64,000 nt of DNA. It comes from Rhabdothermincola salaria. Its GTDB lineage: Bacteria > Actinomycetota > Acidimicrobiia > Acidimicrobiales > Acidimicrobilacustridaceae. A program made the position numbers and the translations under genes. Each line of letters starts with the position of its first letter. Position 1 is the stretch's first letter. This document shows, one piece after another, positions 1 to 9,793 of this stretch. Below the pieces are notes generated by a model. The model did no database searches. It saw only the letters and a program-made list of their open reading frames with translations, and was not told where the DNA came from. The stretch covers positions 1,258,168 to 1,322,167 of the forward strand of contig NZ_JAJQXW010000001.1 in the NCBI RefSeq assembly GCF_021246445.1, in the 5' to 3' direction.

Positions 1-112
1 TGCGGGCACGATGGCGAGCAACGTGCCATGCGGGTCGGCCACCGCCAGACCCTAGCTGGCCACCTCTACCGGCCCATCTCGGGGACGACCGCGGGGGCGA
101 CCTCCGTCAGCC

Positions 113-1354
113 TCACGTCGGGGTCCCGGAGGCGATCCTGACGGACCAGGACGACGATCGTCGACGCTCGAACGCGGTGCGCGCGTCGGTGAGGAGCGCT
201 TCGTAGTTCTCCATGACCACATCCCAGGCATAGTGCTGCTCGACGTAGCGACGGCCGGCCTGCCCGAGGCGCTCGGCCACGGCGGGCTCTGCCAGCAAGA
301 TGTCCAATGCGGCCTCGAACTCCGCGAAGCCGACATAGGGGATGGCCCCGCCCGACCTACGGCTCTGGCCGACCAGGACATCGCACCGCCCCTGCACCAG
401 GGCCGCTCGTTCGAGGGCCCACGCCTCGGTGAGCGCCATCGAGAAGCTCTCGAAGTACGACGGTTGGAGAAAAGCCAGCGAGCCGGCCAAGGCGTCGGTC
501 TTCGCTTGCTCGGACAGGAAGCCGGTCAGCACGACATCGGGATGCGGTGGCAGCGGCACGACCTGGTCTCCCACGACCACGAGCTTCAAGGGCCCCGGGT
601 TCCGTTCCTTGTAGGTCAGGAAGTACTGGTAGGCCTCGAGAGACCCCTTCCCAGGGTCCACTCTCCCCACGTAGACGAGGTACGGCTCGTCGCCGAGCCC
701 GTGGGCCGCCCTGAACGTCGACCCGTCGCCCTCGACGTCGAGGTCCACCCCCACTCCCAGCACGTCGTTGAGGGTCTGCACCCCGCGGCTCTCCTCGACC
801 AGCCCGCGCTCTTCGACGGTGAGGTAGCCGATCGCATCCGGCAGGCGGAAGAGTCGATCGTAGAGGGGCACGGTGAAGCCCGGCTCGTGGTGGGCAGTCG
901 GGTGGAAGACCGTGCACACCTTGCCGGCCACTGCCTCGAGTCCGCGCACCGTGGGGAAGTAGTGGTACGTGAAGAAGACGATGACGTCGAGGTCCGAGGC
1001 GCGCTGGACCAGGTAGGCCGGAAGGTCCACGGTGCGGGGGCCCATGCGGTCCACCCACTCCTCCTGCAGGAAGAGCGGCACCGGTCGGTTGGTACCCACG
1101 TTCACCCAGTTGATGTCGGAGAAGTGTGCATCTCGAGGCCGATCGACCGGGAAGCGGTGAACCGTCACCCCGTTGACGTCGGTGGGGCCGGCCGGGAACT
1201 CGTTCACCCAGTCCGTGTAACGCCGAGCACAGCTCGTCGCCACCTCGACGTGGTGCCCGCGCTGCAGCATGTGCTCGGCGAACAGCCGGCAGCACTGCTC
1301 CGATCCCCCGGCGATGTCCTCTCCATAGCGTTGGACCACGAACATCAGCCGCAT
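113..1354 (-). CDS. GT4-family glycosyltransferase
   Basis: N-terminal QRYGEDIAGGSE, YVGRVDPGKG and PSYFESFSMALTEAW GT-B signatures; 1-bp overlap with upstream gene. Confidence 0.9.
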   Translation of the reverse strand: MRLMFVVQRYGEDIAGGSEQCCRLFAEHMLQRGHHVEVATSCARRYTDWVNEFPAGPTDVNGVTVHRFPVDRPRDAHFSDINWVNVGTNRPVPLFLQEEWVDRMGPRTVDLPAYLVQRASDLDVIVFFTYHYFPTVRGLEAVAGKVCTVFHPTAHHEPGFTVPLYDRLFRLPDAIGYLTVEERGLVEESRGVQTLNDVLGVGVDLDVEGDGSTFRAAHGLGDEPYLVYVGRVDPGKGSLEAYQYFLTYKERNPGPLKLVVVGDQVVPLPPHPDVVLTGFLSEQAKTDALAGSLAFLQPSYFESFSMALTEAWALERAALVQGRCDVLVGQSRRSGGAIPYVGFAEFEAALDILLAEPAVAERLGQAGRRYVEQHYAWDVVMENYEALLTDARTAFERRRSSSWSVRIASGTPT

Positions 1355-2418
1355 CAGATGACCTCGGCCAGTTCGTCGAGGAACGCGCTGATGTTGCGGT
1401 CGAGCACGAGCTCGTCAGCCCGCCGGCGCCCGTGCGCGCCCAGCTCCTGGGCGAGGCGCCGGTCAGCGTGGACCTCGCTGACCGCCTCCGCGAGCTCGAC
1501 CGCCCCCGTGTCGGCCGGAAGGACCATGCCGCCGGCGCCGACCGTGTCGGCCAGGCCCCCGGAGTCTCGAGCGATGACCGGTACTCCCATCGCCAGCGCC
1601 TCGAGGACCGCGGGCGACGACCCCCGGTGCTCACTCGCCGTGACCACGATGTCCGCTCGGCGCATCACCGCGGCCAGCGCATCCTCACCCAGCGCACCGA
1701 GCATGAGGCACATGGGGATCCCCAGGTCCCGGGCGTGCTCCTGCAACGCCCTCGCGGTCACCGGGTCGGTCGAGGGACCGACGATCGCCAGCGTCGACGA
1801 GAGACCGATCCGGTGCAGAACGAGCTGCGCGTGCAGGATCACGTCGAGCCGTTCGTGCGCCAGCAGCTCGCCCACGGCGACCACGAGGGGATCGCCCACA
1901 TAGGCGCTCAAGGTCTGCATGGCGTTCTCATCGGGGTCGACACGCCGCAACCGCCCCACGTCCAGCCCGACCGGGATCGTCACCACGTCGACGTAGCCGA
2001 GCGCCTCGAGGTCCTGGCCCGCTGGGCGGGAGTCGGCCACCGCGAGGGCCACCCGGGGACGCAGGAGCTCGAGTTCCCGCTGCCCCCAGTGGATCATCGC
2101 CGCCCGGTGAGGATCGTTCAGCTCGAACGACTCCATCGGTGGTGGACTCCGGTAGATCAGCACGAGGGGCTCGGGTCGCTCGAGCAGGAATCGCAATGCG
2201 GCAGGGTTCCCCTCCCCGCCGTGGAAGAGGATCACCCCGTCCTGGGAACCCACCGAGGGAAAGGTCCACAACGGCTCGATCCCGGCATCGACCGGCGCGT
2301 CCCCCACGACGAAGACACGTGACTCCCCGCACTGGCTCAGCACCGCGCCGAGGTTGCGGGCGCAGCTGATCCTGGGATCGTCGGGTCCCGCAGCGGCCAC
2401 GACCTGGTGGAAGTACAC
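1354..2418 (-). CDS. GT4-family glycosyltransferase (divergent)
   Basis: C-terminal ASEHRGSSPAVLEALAMGVPVIARDSGG motif; start placed at GTG 2418 just after the upstream stop (track start 2586 overlaps upstream gene). Confidence 0.75.
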   Translation of the reverse strand: MYFHQVVAAAGPDDPRISCARNLGAVLSQCGESRVFVVGDAPVDAGIEPLWTFPSVGSQDGVILFHGGEGNPAALRFLLERPEPLVLIYRSPPPMESFELNDPHRAAMIHWGQRELELLRPRVALAVADSRPAGQDLEALGYVDVVTIPVGLDVGRLRRVDPDENAMQTLSAYVGDPLVVAVGELLAHERLDVILHAQLVLHRIGLSSTLAIVGPSTDPVTARALQEHARDLGIPMCLMLGALGEDALAAVMRRADIVVTASEHRGSSPAVLEALAMGVPVIARDSGGLADTVGAGGMVLPADTGAVELAEAVSEVHADRRLAQELGAHGRRRADELVLDRNISAFLDELAEVI

Positions 2419-2422
2419 CTCG

Positions 2423-2980
2423 TCAGGCCCGTGGGTCGCCGTGGCGGGCCTCGCCGGGAGGGAGGCGGGCCTCGATGTCGTCGAGGCGCCGGGCGATCTC
2501 CTCCAGCGAGGAGAGGCGGTCGGCGATGGTGGCCACACGACGCTCCGTCTCCGGGTGCCCGTGCAGAGCCAGCGTCTCGACCACATCGCTCATGCGGTCG
2601 ACCACCCGACGGACGGTCACGGCGTAGTCCTGCATCTGGGCCAGCACCCCTCGGGTCTGGTGTCGGGCCAACCGGGCCCAGATCCGCTGGTACATCCGTA
2701 CCAGCCGATGGCGCGACGTCCGCTCGATCCGGGAGGCGCCGAACGGCTCCATGCGGTCGAGCTCTGACACGGCCTCCTGGAGGATCTCGACCGCGGCGTG
2801 CTCGGTGGCCAACGTGGAGACCAGCGCCCGGTAGTGGTGGTCGAGCTGCTTCTCCATCCCCGGGGGGTAGTCACCCATGGCCCGACGTTCGGCGACCCTC
2901 TTGCGGATCCGTTCCAGAGCCGCCTCCACCTCGGACGAACCGGACTCTCTTGCAGGACCGTCGTCATCGTGGTCGCTCAT
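2423..2980 (-). CDS. hypothetical helical/coiled-coil protein of the glycan locus
   Basis: GC3-rich ORF, amphipathic heptad-like C-terminus, co-oriented with neighbours. Confidence 0.7.
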   Translation of the reverse strand: MSDHDDDGPARESGSSEVEAALERIRKRVAERRAMGDYPPGMEKQLDHHYRALVSTLATEHAAVEILQEAVSELDRMEPFGASRIERTSRHRLVRMYQRIWARLARHQTRGVLAQMQDYAVTVRRVVDRMSDVVETLALHGHPETERRVATIADRLSSLEEIARRLDDIEARLPPGEARHGDPRA

Positions 2981-3058
2981 CAGCTCGTCTCGATTCGCCG
3001 TCTGGCACCGGGGCCGGGTGCGGCGACCCCGCCGGCCGCCGCACAGGCATTTAGTACA

Positions 3059-3907
3059 TCACCCGGAAAGCCGTTCGACCAGACGGCTCAGGGGAACGCG
3101 GAAGTCGTCGAGGAGGGGGAGTCCCGACATGCGCAGGGCGGCGTTGTCGAGCACCGAGTTCGCCGGCCGCGGCGCCGGCCGGGGGGGCTGCAGATCGGCG
3201 GTGGCCACCGGCCGGACCCGGTCCGGGTCCTGGCCGCTGGCAGCGAGGACCTCGCGCGCGAACTCGTACCAGCTCACCGCCCCTTGGTTGGTGACGTGGA
3301 ACGTGCCCGGTCGGTGCTCGACCACCAGACGCATGATCATGGCGGCCAGGTCGTCGGCGAAGGTGGGGTGGCCCCTCTGATCGTCGACGAAGCTGAGGGT
3401 CTCGTGCTCGCCGGCCAGGCGCAGGATGGTCTTCACCATGTTGCCGCCGTGGTAGCCGCACACCCAGGAGGTGCGGATCACGGTGGACCCGGGGTCGAGC
3501 TCGTGCTCCCCCGCCAACTTCGACGCGCCGTAGACCGAGGCCGGCGAGGTCGGGTCCCACTCGGTGTAGGGGCTCGCCTTGGTGCCGTCGAAGACGTAGT
3601 CGGTCGAGACGTAGAACACCGGCGCCCCGACGCGGCGGGCGCCCTCGGCCACGTGGCGGGTGCCGAGGGCGTTCACCAGGAAGGCCCGCTCGGGGTCGCC
3701 CTCGCAGGCATCCACCGCCGTCCACGCCGCCGGGTGCACCACGGCATCGGGTCGGGTCGAGGTGATGGCGGCCAGCACCGCGTCGCGGTCGGACACGTCG
3801 ACGGTGGCGTGGTCGGCGGCCACCACCTCGTGGTGCCCGGCGGCCTCGAAGCAGGCCACCAGCTCCGAACCGACCTGGCCGCCGGCGCCGGTGATGAGGA
3901 CGCGCAC
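3059..3907 (-). CDS. rfbD: dTDP-4-dehydrorhamnose reductase
   Basis: VLITGAGGQVG, STDYVFDG, YGASKLAGE, RPANSVL motifs; GTG start 3907. Confidence 0.95.
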   Translation of the reverse strand: MRVLITGAGGQVGSELVACFEAAGHHEVVAADHATVDVSDRDAVLAAITSTRPDAVVHPAAWTAVDACEGDPERAFLVNALGTRHVAEGARRVGAPVFYVSTDYVFDGTKASPYTEWDPTSPASVYGASKLAGEHELDPGSTVIRTSWVCGYHGGNMVKTILRLAGEHETLSFVDDQRGHPTFADDLAAMIMRLVVEHRPGTFHVTNQGAVSWYEFAREVLAASGQDPDRVRPVATADLQPPRPAPRPANSVLDNAALRMSGLPLLDDFRVPLSRLVERLSG

Positions 3908-3912
3908 GGTTC

Positions 3913-4869
3913 TCAGGCCCCCTTCAGGGGTTCCCACCAGGCGCGGTTGGCCCGGTACCAGTCGACGGTGGCCGCCAACGCCTCGTCGAGGCTGCGGCTC
4001 GGGTTCCAGCCCAGGGCGTTGGCCTTGGAGCAGTCGATCGAGTAGCGGCGGTCGTGGCCGAGGCGATCGGTGACGTACTCGATCATGTCGTCGCCGGCGC
4101 CGCACAGGGCCAGCACCTTCTCGGTGAGTTCCCGGTTGGTGGTCTCGTTGCCCCCGCCGATGTTGTAGATCTCGCCGATCTCGCCCTTGCGCAGGACCAT
4201 GTCGACGCCGGTGCAGTTGTCCTCGACGTAGATCCAGTCGCGGATGTTGAGTCCGTCGCCGTAGAGCGGGACCTTCTTGGCATCGAGCAGGTTGGTGACG
4301 AACAGCGGGATGACCTTCTCGGGGAACTGGTAGGGCCCGAAGTTGTTCGACGAGCGGGTGACGATGACCGGCAGGTCGTAGGTCTCCTCGTAGGACAGCG
4401 CGATGAGGTCCGAGCCCGCCTTGGACGAGGAGTACGGCGAGCGGGGGCCCAACCGGTCGGTCTCGACGAACGACCCCTCCTCGATGGAGCCGTAGACCTC
4501 GTCGGTGGAGATGTGCAGGAACCTCTCGACGCCGATCTGGCGGGCCACGTCGCACATCACGTTGGTGCCCAGGCAGTTGGTGCGCACGAAGGTGTCGGGG
4601 TCGACGATGGAGCGATCGACGTGGCTCTCGGCCGCGAAGTGCACCACCGCGTCGTGCCCGGCCATGGCCGCGGCCACCGCCTCGCGGTCGCAGATGTCGC
4701 CCTGCACGAAGCGGTACCGGGGGTCGTCGGCCACGTCGGCCAGGCTGGAGAGGTTGCCGGCGTAGGTCAGCGCGTCGTAGACGGTGACCTCGTCGTCGGT
4801 GGTGCCCAGCACGTGACGCACGTAGTTGGAGCCGATGAACCCGGCCGCGCCGGTGACGAAGAGCTTCAT
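3913..4869 (-). CDS. rfbB: dTDP-glucose 4,6-dehydratase
   Basis: VTGAAGFIGS, HFAAESHVDRS, STDEVYGS, YSSSKA, DRLGHDRRY. Confidence 0.97.
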   Translation of the reverse strand: MKLFVTGAAGFIGSNYVRHVLGTTDDEVTVYDALTYAGNLSSLADVADDPRYRFVQGDICDREAVAAAMAGHDAVVHFAAESHVDRSIVDPDTFVRTNCLGTNVMCDVARQIGVERFLHISTDEVYGSIEEGSFVETDRLGPRSPYSSSKAGSDLIALSYEETYDLPVIVTRSSNNFGPYQFPEKVIPLFVTNLLDAKKVPLYGDGLNIRDWIYVEDNCTGVDMVLRKGEIGEIYNIGGGNETTNRELTEKVLALCGAGDDMIEYVTDRLGHDRRYSIDCSKANALGWNPSRSLDEALAATVDWYRANRAWWEPLKGA

Positions 4870-4933
4870 GGACGAGGAGACCTTTCGAGCGGGTCGAGCG
4901 CATCGCGCTCCCGGGCCGGGAGCACCGCGCGAT

Positions 4934-5500
4934 CTAGGGACGCAGGCCGTAGTGGGGTTGCCACTGGGGCTCGATGTCGGCACGGCGGGGGTTCGCCTGG
5001 TCGCGCCCCGACAAGATGGGGTCAGTGACCCCCCAGTCGGCGGCGATGGCCGGGTCGTCCCACGCCACGCCCAGCTCGTCGGTGGGGTTGTAGTAGCCGT
5101 CGACCAGGTAGGTGATGGTCATGTCGGTGAGCGCGGCGAAGCCGTGCGCGACACCCGGGGGGATGAACACGCCGCGGTGGGGGTTCGTGCCGTCGGGCTG
5201 CACCCCGAGATCGAGCCACAGGGTGGCGCCGTCGGTGGGCGAACCGGTGCGCAGGTCGTGCAGCACCACCCGGGCGGTGCCGAAGGGCACGTACCAGTAG
5301 TCGGCCTGGTGGAGGTGGTAGTGCAGGCCGACGATGGCACCCGCCTGGCGATCACCCCGGTTCCCCTGGATCATCTCGCGGCCCTGGGGGAACCACTCCC
5401 GGCGATAGGTCTCGACGAAGAAGCCCCGGTCGTCACCGTGGACCACGGGATCGACGACGTGCACGCCGGCGATGACATCGGAAGGGTGGACGACAGCCAT
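4934..5500 (-). CDS. rfbC: dTDP-4-dehydrorhamnose 3,5-epimerase
   Basis: DDRGFFVE, GLHYH, IPPGVAHGF, WDDP cupin motifs. Confidence 0.93.
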   Translation of the reverse strand: MAVVHPSDVIAGVHVVDPVVHGDDRGFFVETYRREWFPQGREMIQGNRGDRQAGAIVGLHYHLHQADYWYVPFGTARVVLHDLRTGSPTDGATLWLDLGVQPDGTNPHRGVFIPPGVAHGFAALTDMTITYLVDGYYNPTDELGVAWDDPAIAADWGVTDPILSGRDQANPRRADIEPQWQPHYGLRP

Positions 5501-5733
5501 GGGAACGTGCCTCGAGGTGGTCCGAAGGGGGTTCGTACGGGACCGGAGGCTAGCGGAAGCGCCACCGCGCTCCGTGGGCACCACCCATCCGCCCCGGTCC
5601 GGCGGCGATGATGCTGCCGAGGTACGCGCCGGGGGCCGTCTGGCCGGGCGGTAACCTGCGACCCGCCTCTGACCACCGGAGGCCCCAGTGGCGGTGCTGG
5701 GCGCTCGACGCCATCGGGGCGAAGGAGGCGGAC

Positions 5734-7839
5734 GTGCCGAACGAACCCGTCCTGGCGGAAAGCACGAGCGTCGACGGCCCCTCTGCCGGTCGGGGCGGCC
5801 GCGTGGGATCGACCGCCGCTCGCTGGCTTCCCTTCGTGGTGCTCGTCCCTCCCACCCTGGTCGCCACCGTGGGCCTGATCGGACTCACCCAGGCCTTCCT
5901 CGGCTCCTTCTCTGCCCTGTGGGCTCTGGCCGGTGGCCTGGTCGTGACCGGAGCGATCCTCGGGGTGGGAGTCCGAGTCGTTCGCGCGACGCCCACCGCA
6001 CGTCGAGAGGTGCCGCCCTTCGGAGTCGCCCTTCTCATCTCCGTCGCGTTCGCCCTGTGGGCCGGCTGGGCGCCGGCCCAGCACGTCCTCATCGATCGTG
6101 ACCCCGGCTCGTACGCCAACACGGCGGTGTGGTTGGCGAACGACGGAGACCTGGCGGTGGAGACCGATGGCGAGGTGTACCAGACCCTCCGCGACGAGGA
6201 GCTCCGGCTCCACTCGGCAGCCGTGACCACCGCCGGGCCCGACGAGCTCCAGTTCCAGTTCAACCACCTCACCAGCGTGATCCTGGCCGTCGGCTACGAG
6301 GTGGGCGGCTACCAGCTGATGGTGCGCGTCCCGGCCCTGGCCACGGCAGCCGGGCTCTTGGTCGTCTACGCGTTCGCAGCGCGAGCCTTGCGACGACCGT
6401 GGATCGCCCTTCTGGTGCCCGGAGCCCTCGCGTTGATGGCTCCGGTGCTGTTCATCGCTCGCGACACCTACTCGGAGCCGTTCGCCTTCCTGGTCGCCTG
6501 GGGAGCCTTCTTCGCCCTTGTCTCCGCGTACGAACGCTCCTCCCCGCTCCTCGCAGCCTGGGGTGGGTTCTTGCTCGGCGCGGTCACGGCGATCCGGGTC
6601 GACGCGCTCTTGTACGTCGCCCTCGCCGTGCCGTTGGGCGCCCTGGCCGTCGCGATGCGCTTCCACTCACCGCGACGACGGCGGACGTTGCTGGCCGTGG
6701 GAGCGGCGGCGGTCGGCCTCCTGCCTGGCCTTCTCATCGGGTGGGCCGACCTCGAGTGGCACTCCAGGGTGTACGCCTCTGCGCTCTCCGGCCAGATCGC
6801 CTCTCTGCGGATCCTGCTCGTGGGGGCCACCCTGGTGTCGGCCGTCGGGGCGTGGGCGGTGATCTGGCTCTCCGGTCGCCCCGACGTACTGGAGCGGGCC
6901 CGCCGGGTCGCCCGACGGGCGGCTCCCTTCGCCGCGATCCTCCTGGCCGTCGGCCTCCTCGCGGCGTGGTTGCTCCGACCGTTCCTGTTCGAAGCACGAG
7001 GTGCGAGCAGAATCCGCTACCTCGAGCACTATCAGGCCCTCGAGGGCCTGGAGGTCGACGGCCGTCTCCGCTACACGGAAGAGACCCTCTGGTGGATGGC
7101 TTGGTACCTCGGCCCGATCGGGCTGGCGGCGGCGATCGCCGGGCTGGCAACGACAGCGGCGCGGGCCCTCCGCAGCCGCGTCACGCCGGGCGCTCTCGTC
7201 GCCCTGGTCCTCTGTCTGGCGGCCGGTTCGCTCTACTGGCTCCGGCCCAGCATCACGCCCGACCAGCTCTGGGCGTCACGTCGGTTCGTCCCTGTCGTGT
7301 TGCCGGCGCTGAGCATCATGGCGACGGTCGCCGTCGCGGCCGTCTGGTCGGTACGGACCCGCCCCATGGTCATGCGGGGGCTGGCGACGTTGCTCGGCCT
7401 CTCCTTGCTGGTCGGTCCCCTGCTCGTCACCTTCCCGATCCGCGACGGCGTCCAGCAGGCCGGCTACGTCCAGGTCGTCGAAGAAGCCTGCGCCGCAGTG
7501 CCCGACGACACCGTCTTCTTCGTCGTCGGTCCCCACGCGTCCATCGTCCTGCCCCAGACACTCCGTTCCTGGTGTGGTCACCCAGCAGCCATCGTCAGGG
7601 GTCCCGACGAGCTGGCCACCGCCACCGCCGCGGCCGATCGAATGCGGGGCCTGGGCCGGGCCCCGGTGGCCGTCTCCACCGATCCGGGGGCGCTCCAGAT
7701 CCTCCAGCCCTTGGCCGGGGCCGACACCATCGTCACCTCGACCGCAGTGTCCTCGAACGAGATCGTTCCCACCATCAGCGGGCCCCCGACCGACTACGCG
7801 GAGAGCACCTTCACCCTCTACCTCCTGCCGTTGGACTGA
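5734..7839 (+). CDS. polytopic membrane protein, probable GT-C fold glycosyltransferase
   Basis: AAGGAGG SD before GTG 5734; many hydrophobic segments; DRDPGSY loop after early TM, YSEP and WASRRFVP motifs typical of lipid-linked sugar transferases (inference). Confidence 0.6.
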   Translation: MPNEPVLAESTSVDGPSAGRGGRVGSTAARWLPFVVLVPPTLVATVGLIGLTQAFLGSFSALWALAGGLVVTGAILGVGVRVVRATPTARREVPPFGVALLISVAFALWAGWAPAQHVLIDRDPGSYANTAVWLANDGDLAVETDGEVYQTLRDEELRLHSAAVTTAGPDELQFQFNHLTSVILAVGYEVGGYQLMVRVPALATAAGLLVVYAFAARALRRPWIALLVPGALALMAPVLFIARDTYSEPFAFLVAWGAFFALVSAYERSSPLLAAWGGFLLGAVTAIRVDALLYVALAVPLGALAVAMRFHSPRRRRTLLAVGAAAVGLLPGLLIGWADLEWHSRVYASALSGQIASLRILLVGATLVSAVGAWAVIWLSGRPDVLERARRVARRAAPFAAILLAVGLLAAWLLRPFLFEARGASRIRYLEHYQALEGLEVDGRLRYTEETLWWMAWYLGPIGLAAAIAGLATTAARALRSRVTPGALVALVLCLAAGSLYWLRPSITPDQLWASRRFVPVVLPALSIMATVAVAAVWSVRTRPMVMRGLATLLGLSLLVGPLLVTFPIRDGVQQAGYVQVVEEACAAVPDDTVFFVVGPHASIVLPQTLRSWCGHPAAIVRGPDELATATAAADRMRGLGRAPVAVSTDPGALQILQPLAGADTIVTSTAVSSNEIVPTISGPPTDYAESTFTLYLLPLD

Positions 7840-7890
7840 ACGGCTGGACGGCTGGACGGCCCCGACCCACCCGACCACTACGCTCGCCCC

Positions 7891-8964
7891 ATGGCGGTGG
7901 ACGACCGAGGAATCACGAGAGACGCCACCGGCGATCGAGCCGACGGACGCAAGCTGATCATCCAGATCCCGTGCCTCAACGAGGAGGAGCAGCTCCCGGC
8001 GACGCTGGCCGAGCTCCCCCGCCACGTCCCCGGCTTCGACGTCGTCGAGTGGCTGGTCATCGACGACGGCAGCACCGACCGAACCGTCGAGGTCGCCCGC
8101 GAATGCGGCGTCGACCACATCGTGAGCCTGCCCTACAACCGTGGCCTGGCCACCGCCTTCACCACGGGCCTCGACGCGGCCCTTCGAGCCGGCGCCGACG
8201 TGATCGTCAACACCGATGCCGACAACCAGTACGACGCCGCCTGCATCCCCGACCTGGTCGCTCCGGTCGTCGCCGACGAGGCCGACATGGCTGTCGGAGA
8301 ACGACCGATCGAGTCCATCCAGACGTTCTCGTTCGTGAAGAAGCGCCTCCAACGGCTCGGCAGCTGGACGGTGCGCCTCTTCAGCCGGACCGAGGTCCGC
8401 GACGCGGCCTCGGGGTTCCGGGCCTTCTCGCGAACCGCCGCCCTCAAGGTCCAGCTCAACGGCCGCTACTCCTACACGATGGAGACCCTGATCCAGGCCG
8501 GCTGGGAGAACCTCCGGGTGGCCACCGTTCCGGTCCAGGTCAACGGCGAGACGCGACCCTCGCGCCTGGTCCGCAGCATGCCTCGCTACGTGTTCCACTC
8601 GGCACAGACCATCCTGAGGAGCTTCGTCCTCTACAAGCCGTTCCGCTTCTTCTTCGTCCTGGGCGCGCTCCCGTTCCTCCTCAGCACCATTCTCGTCGTG
8701 CGCTGGTTCGCGCTCACATGGTTCGGCGATTCATCGGGGAGCCGAGTCCCCAGCCTGGTGGCAGCCGCGGTGCTGATGCTGATGGCGTTCCAGCTCTGGA
8801 TCTTCGGTGTGATCGCCGACCTCATGTCGGTCAACCGCAGGATCCTCTCGGAGCTTCGGTTCGCCGAGCGCCTTCGAAACCTCTCCGGGCCGGAAGCCGA
8901 CGACGGACCGGCTACCCGAACAGCCACCGCGACAGAGATGAGCAGCCGTGCCCCCCGATCCTGA
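7891..8964 (+). CDS. GT2-family glycosyltransferase (DPM/polyprenol-phosphate sugar synthase-like)
   Basis: IPCLNEE, IDDGSTD, NTDADNQY, DAASGFRA; two C-terminal TM segments. Confidence 0.9.
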   Translation: MAVDDRGITRDATGDRADGRKLIIQIPCLNEEEQLPATLAELPRHVPGFDVVEWLVIDDGSTDRTVEVARECGVDHIVSLPYNRGLATAFTTGLDAALRAGADVIVNTDADNQYDAACIPDLVAPVVADEADMAVGERPIESIQTFSFVKKRLQRLGSWTVRLFSRTEVRDAASGFRAFSRTAALKVQLNGRYSYTMETLIQAGWENLRVATVPVQVNGETRPSRLVRSMPRYVFHSAQTILRSFVLYKPFRFFFVLGALPFLLSTILVVRWFALTWFGDSSGSRVPSLVAAAVLMLMAFQLWIFGVIADLMSVNRRILSELRFAERLRNLSGPEADDGPATRTATATEMSSRAPRS

Positions 8965-9793
8965 CAGGGACTCCGACCCGATCGACTACCAGGAGTACCT
9001 CGCCTGGACCTACTTCGGCGAGGGGGGACTCGACGCGTCCGAGTTCGAGCGGTTCGGCGCACTTCTCGACGGGGTCGACACCTTCATCGACGTCGGAGCC
9101 TCGCACGGCGTGTACACGTTCCATGCGCTCCGCCACATGGCCACCGGAAGGATCATCGCCATCGAGGCCGACCCGGCCCGCTTCGCGCTCCTGCAGAAGA
9201 ACGTGGCCGAGTGGACCACCGACACCGACGTCGAGGTGGAGTGCCGATTCGCCGCCGTCTCGGACGACGAGGACCTCCGCGACGGGCCCACGGTCGAGTT
9301 CTACACGACCGGGACCCAGATCTCCGGTGGCCTCTTCCCCGTCGAGGAGCGCTCCAACGAGTACGCACCCGTCGAGGTCCCGTTGATCAAGCTGGACGAC
9401 CTGCTCGACGCTGATCACCGGTACCTCGTCAAGATCGATGTCGAGGGTGGGGAGCTACGGGTCCTCAAGGGCGCTCGAGAGATGATCCGGTCCGGCGCGG
9501 CGACCTTCTTCGTGGAGCTGTCCTGGTGGGGCGACCGCGACCGGGGGACGTCGGTCCTCACCTCCATCCGCTTCATCCACCGCCAGGGCCTCGGGATCCG
9601 TCGAAGGCTGCGATCCGACTACCTGCTGTTCCCCGAACCGTCACGGCTGCGAGCGATCGGCCAGACGGCGCGTGTCGTTCCACCCCTGCTCCCGCGCTAC
9701 CTCTTCACCACCCTCGTGCCGGCGCGGCTGCGTCGTGCCTACATCCGCCGCCAGAACCGCCAACGCCTGTCTCGGGCACCGCGATCGTCCTGA
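8948..9793 (+). CDS. FkbM-family SAM-dependent methyltransferase
   Basis: FIDVGASHGVYT, AIEADP, VKIDVEGGELRVLKG. Confidence 0.88.
   Translation: MPPDPDRDSDPIDYQEYLAWTYFGEGGLDASEFERFGALLDGVDTFIDVGASHGVYTFHALRHMATGRIIAIEADPARFALLQKNVAEWTTDTDVEVECRFAAVSDDEDLRDGPTVEFYTTGTQISGGLFPVEERSNEYAPVEVPLIKLDDLLDADHRYLVKIDVEGGELRVLKGAREMIRSGAATFFVELSWWGDRDRGTSVLTSIRFIHRQGLGIRRRLRSDYLLFPEPSRLRAIGQTARVVPPLLPRYLFTTLVPARLRRAYIRRQNRQRLSRAPRSS

Noticed and set aside
1..60. Possible 5' end of a minus-strand gene leaving the window (..LLAIVPA)
   Set aside because: Too little sequence to fix frame or start
6129..9386. Very long alternative-frame or antisense ORFs (e.g. 6129-9386, 14848-17439, 27848-30610, 54939-57833, 60922-63564)
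   Set aside because: Shadow ORFs expected in high-GC DNA; they overlap genes with clear motifs and have none themselves
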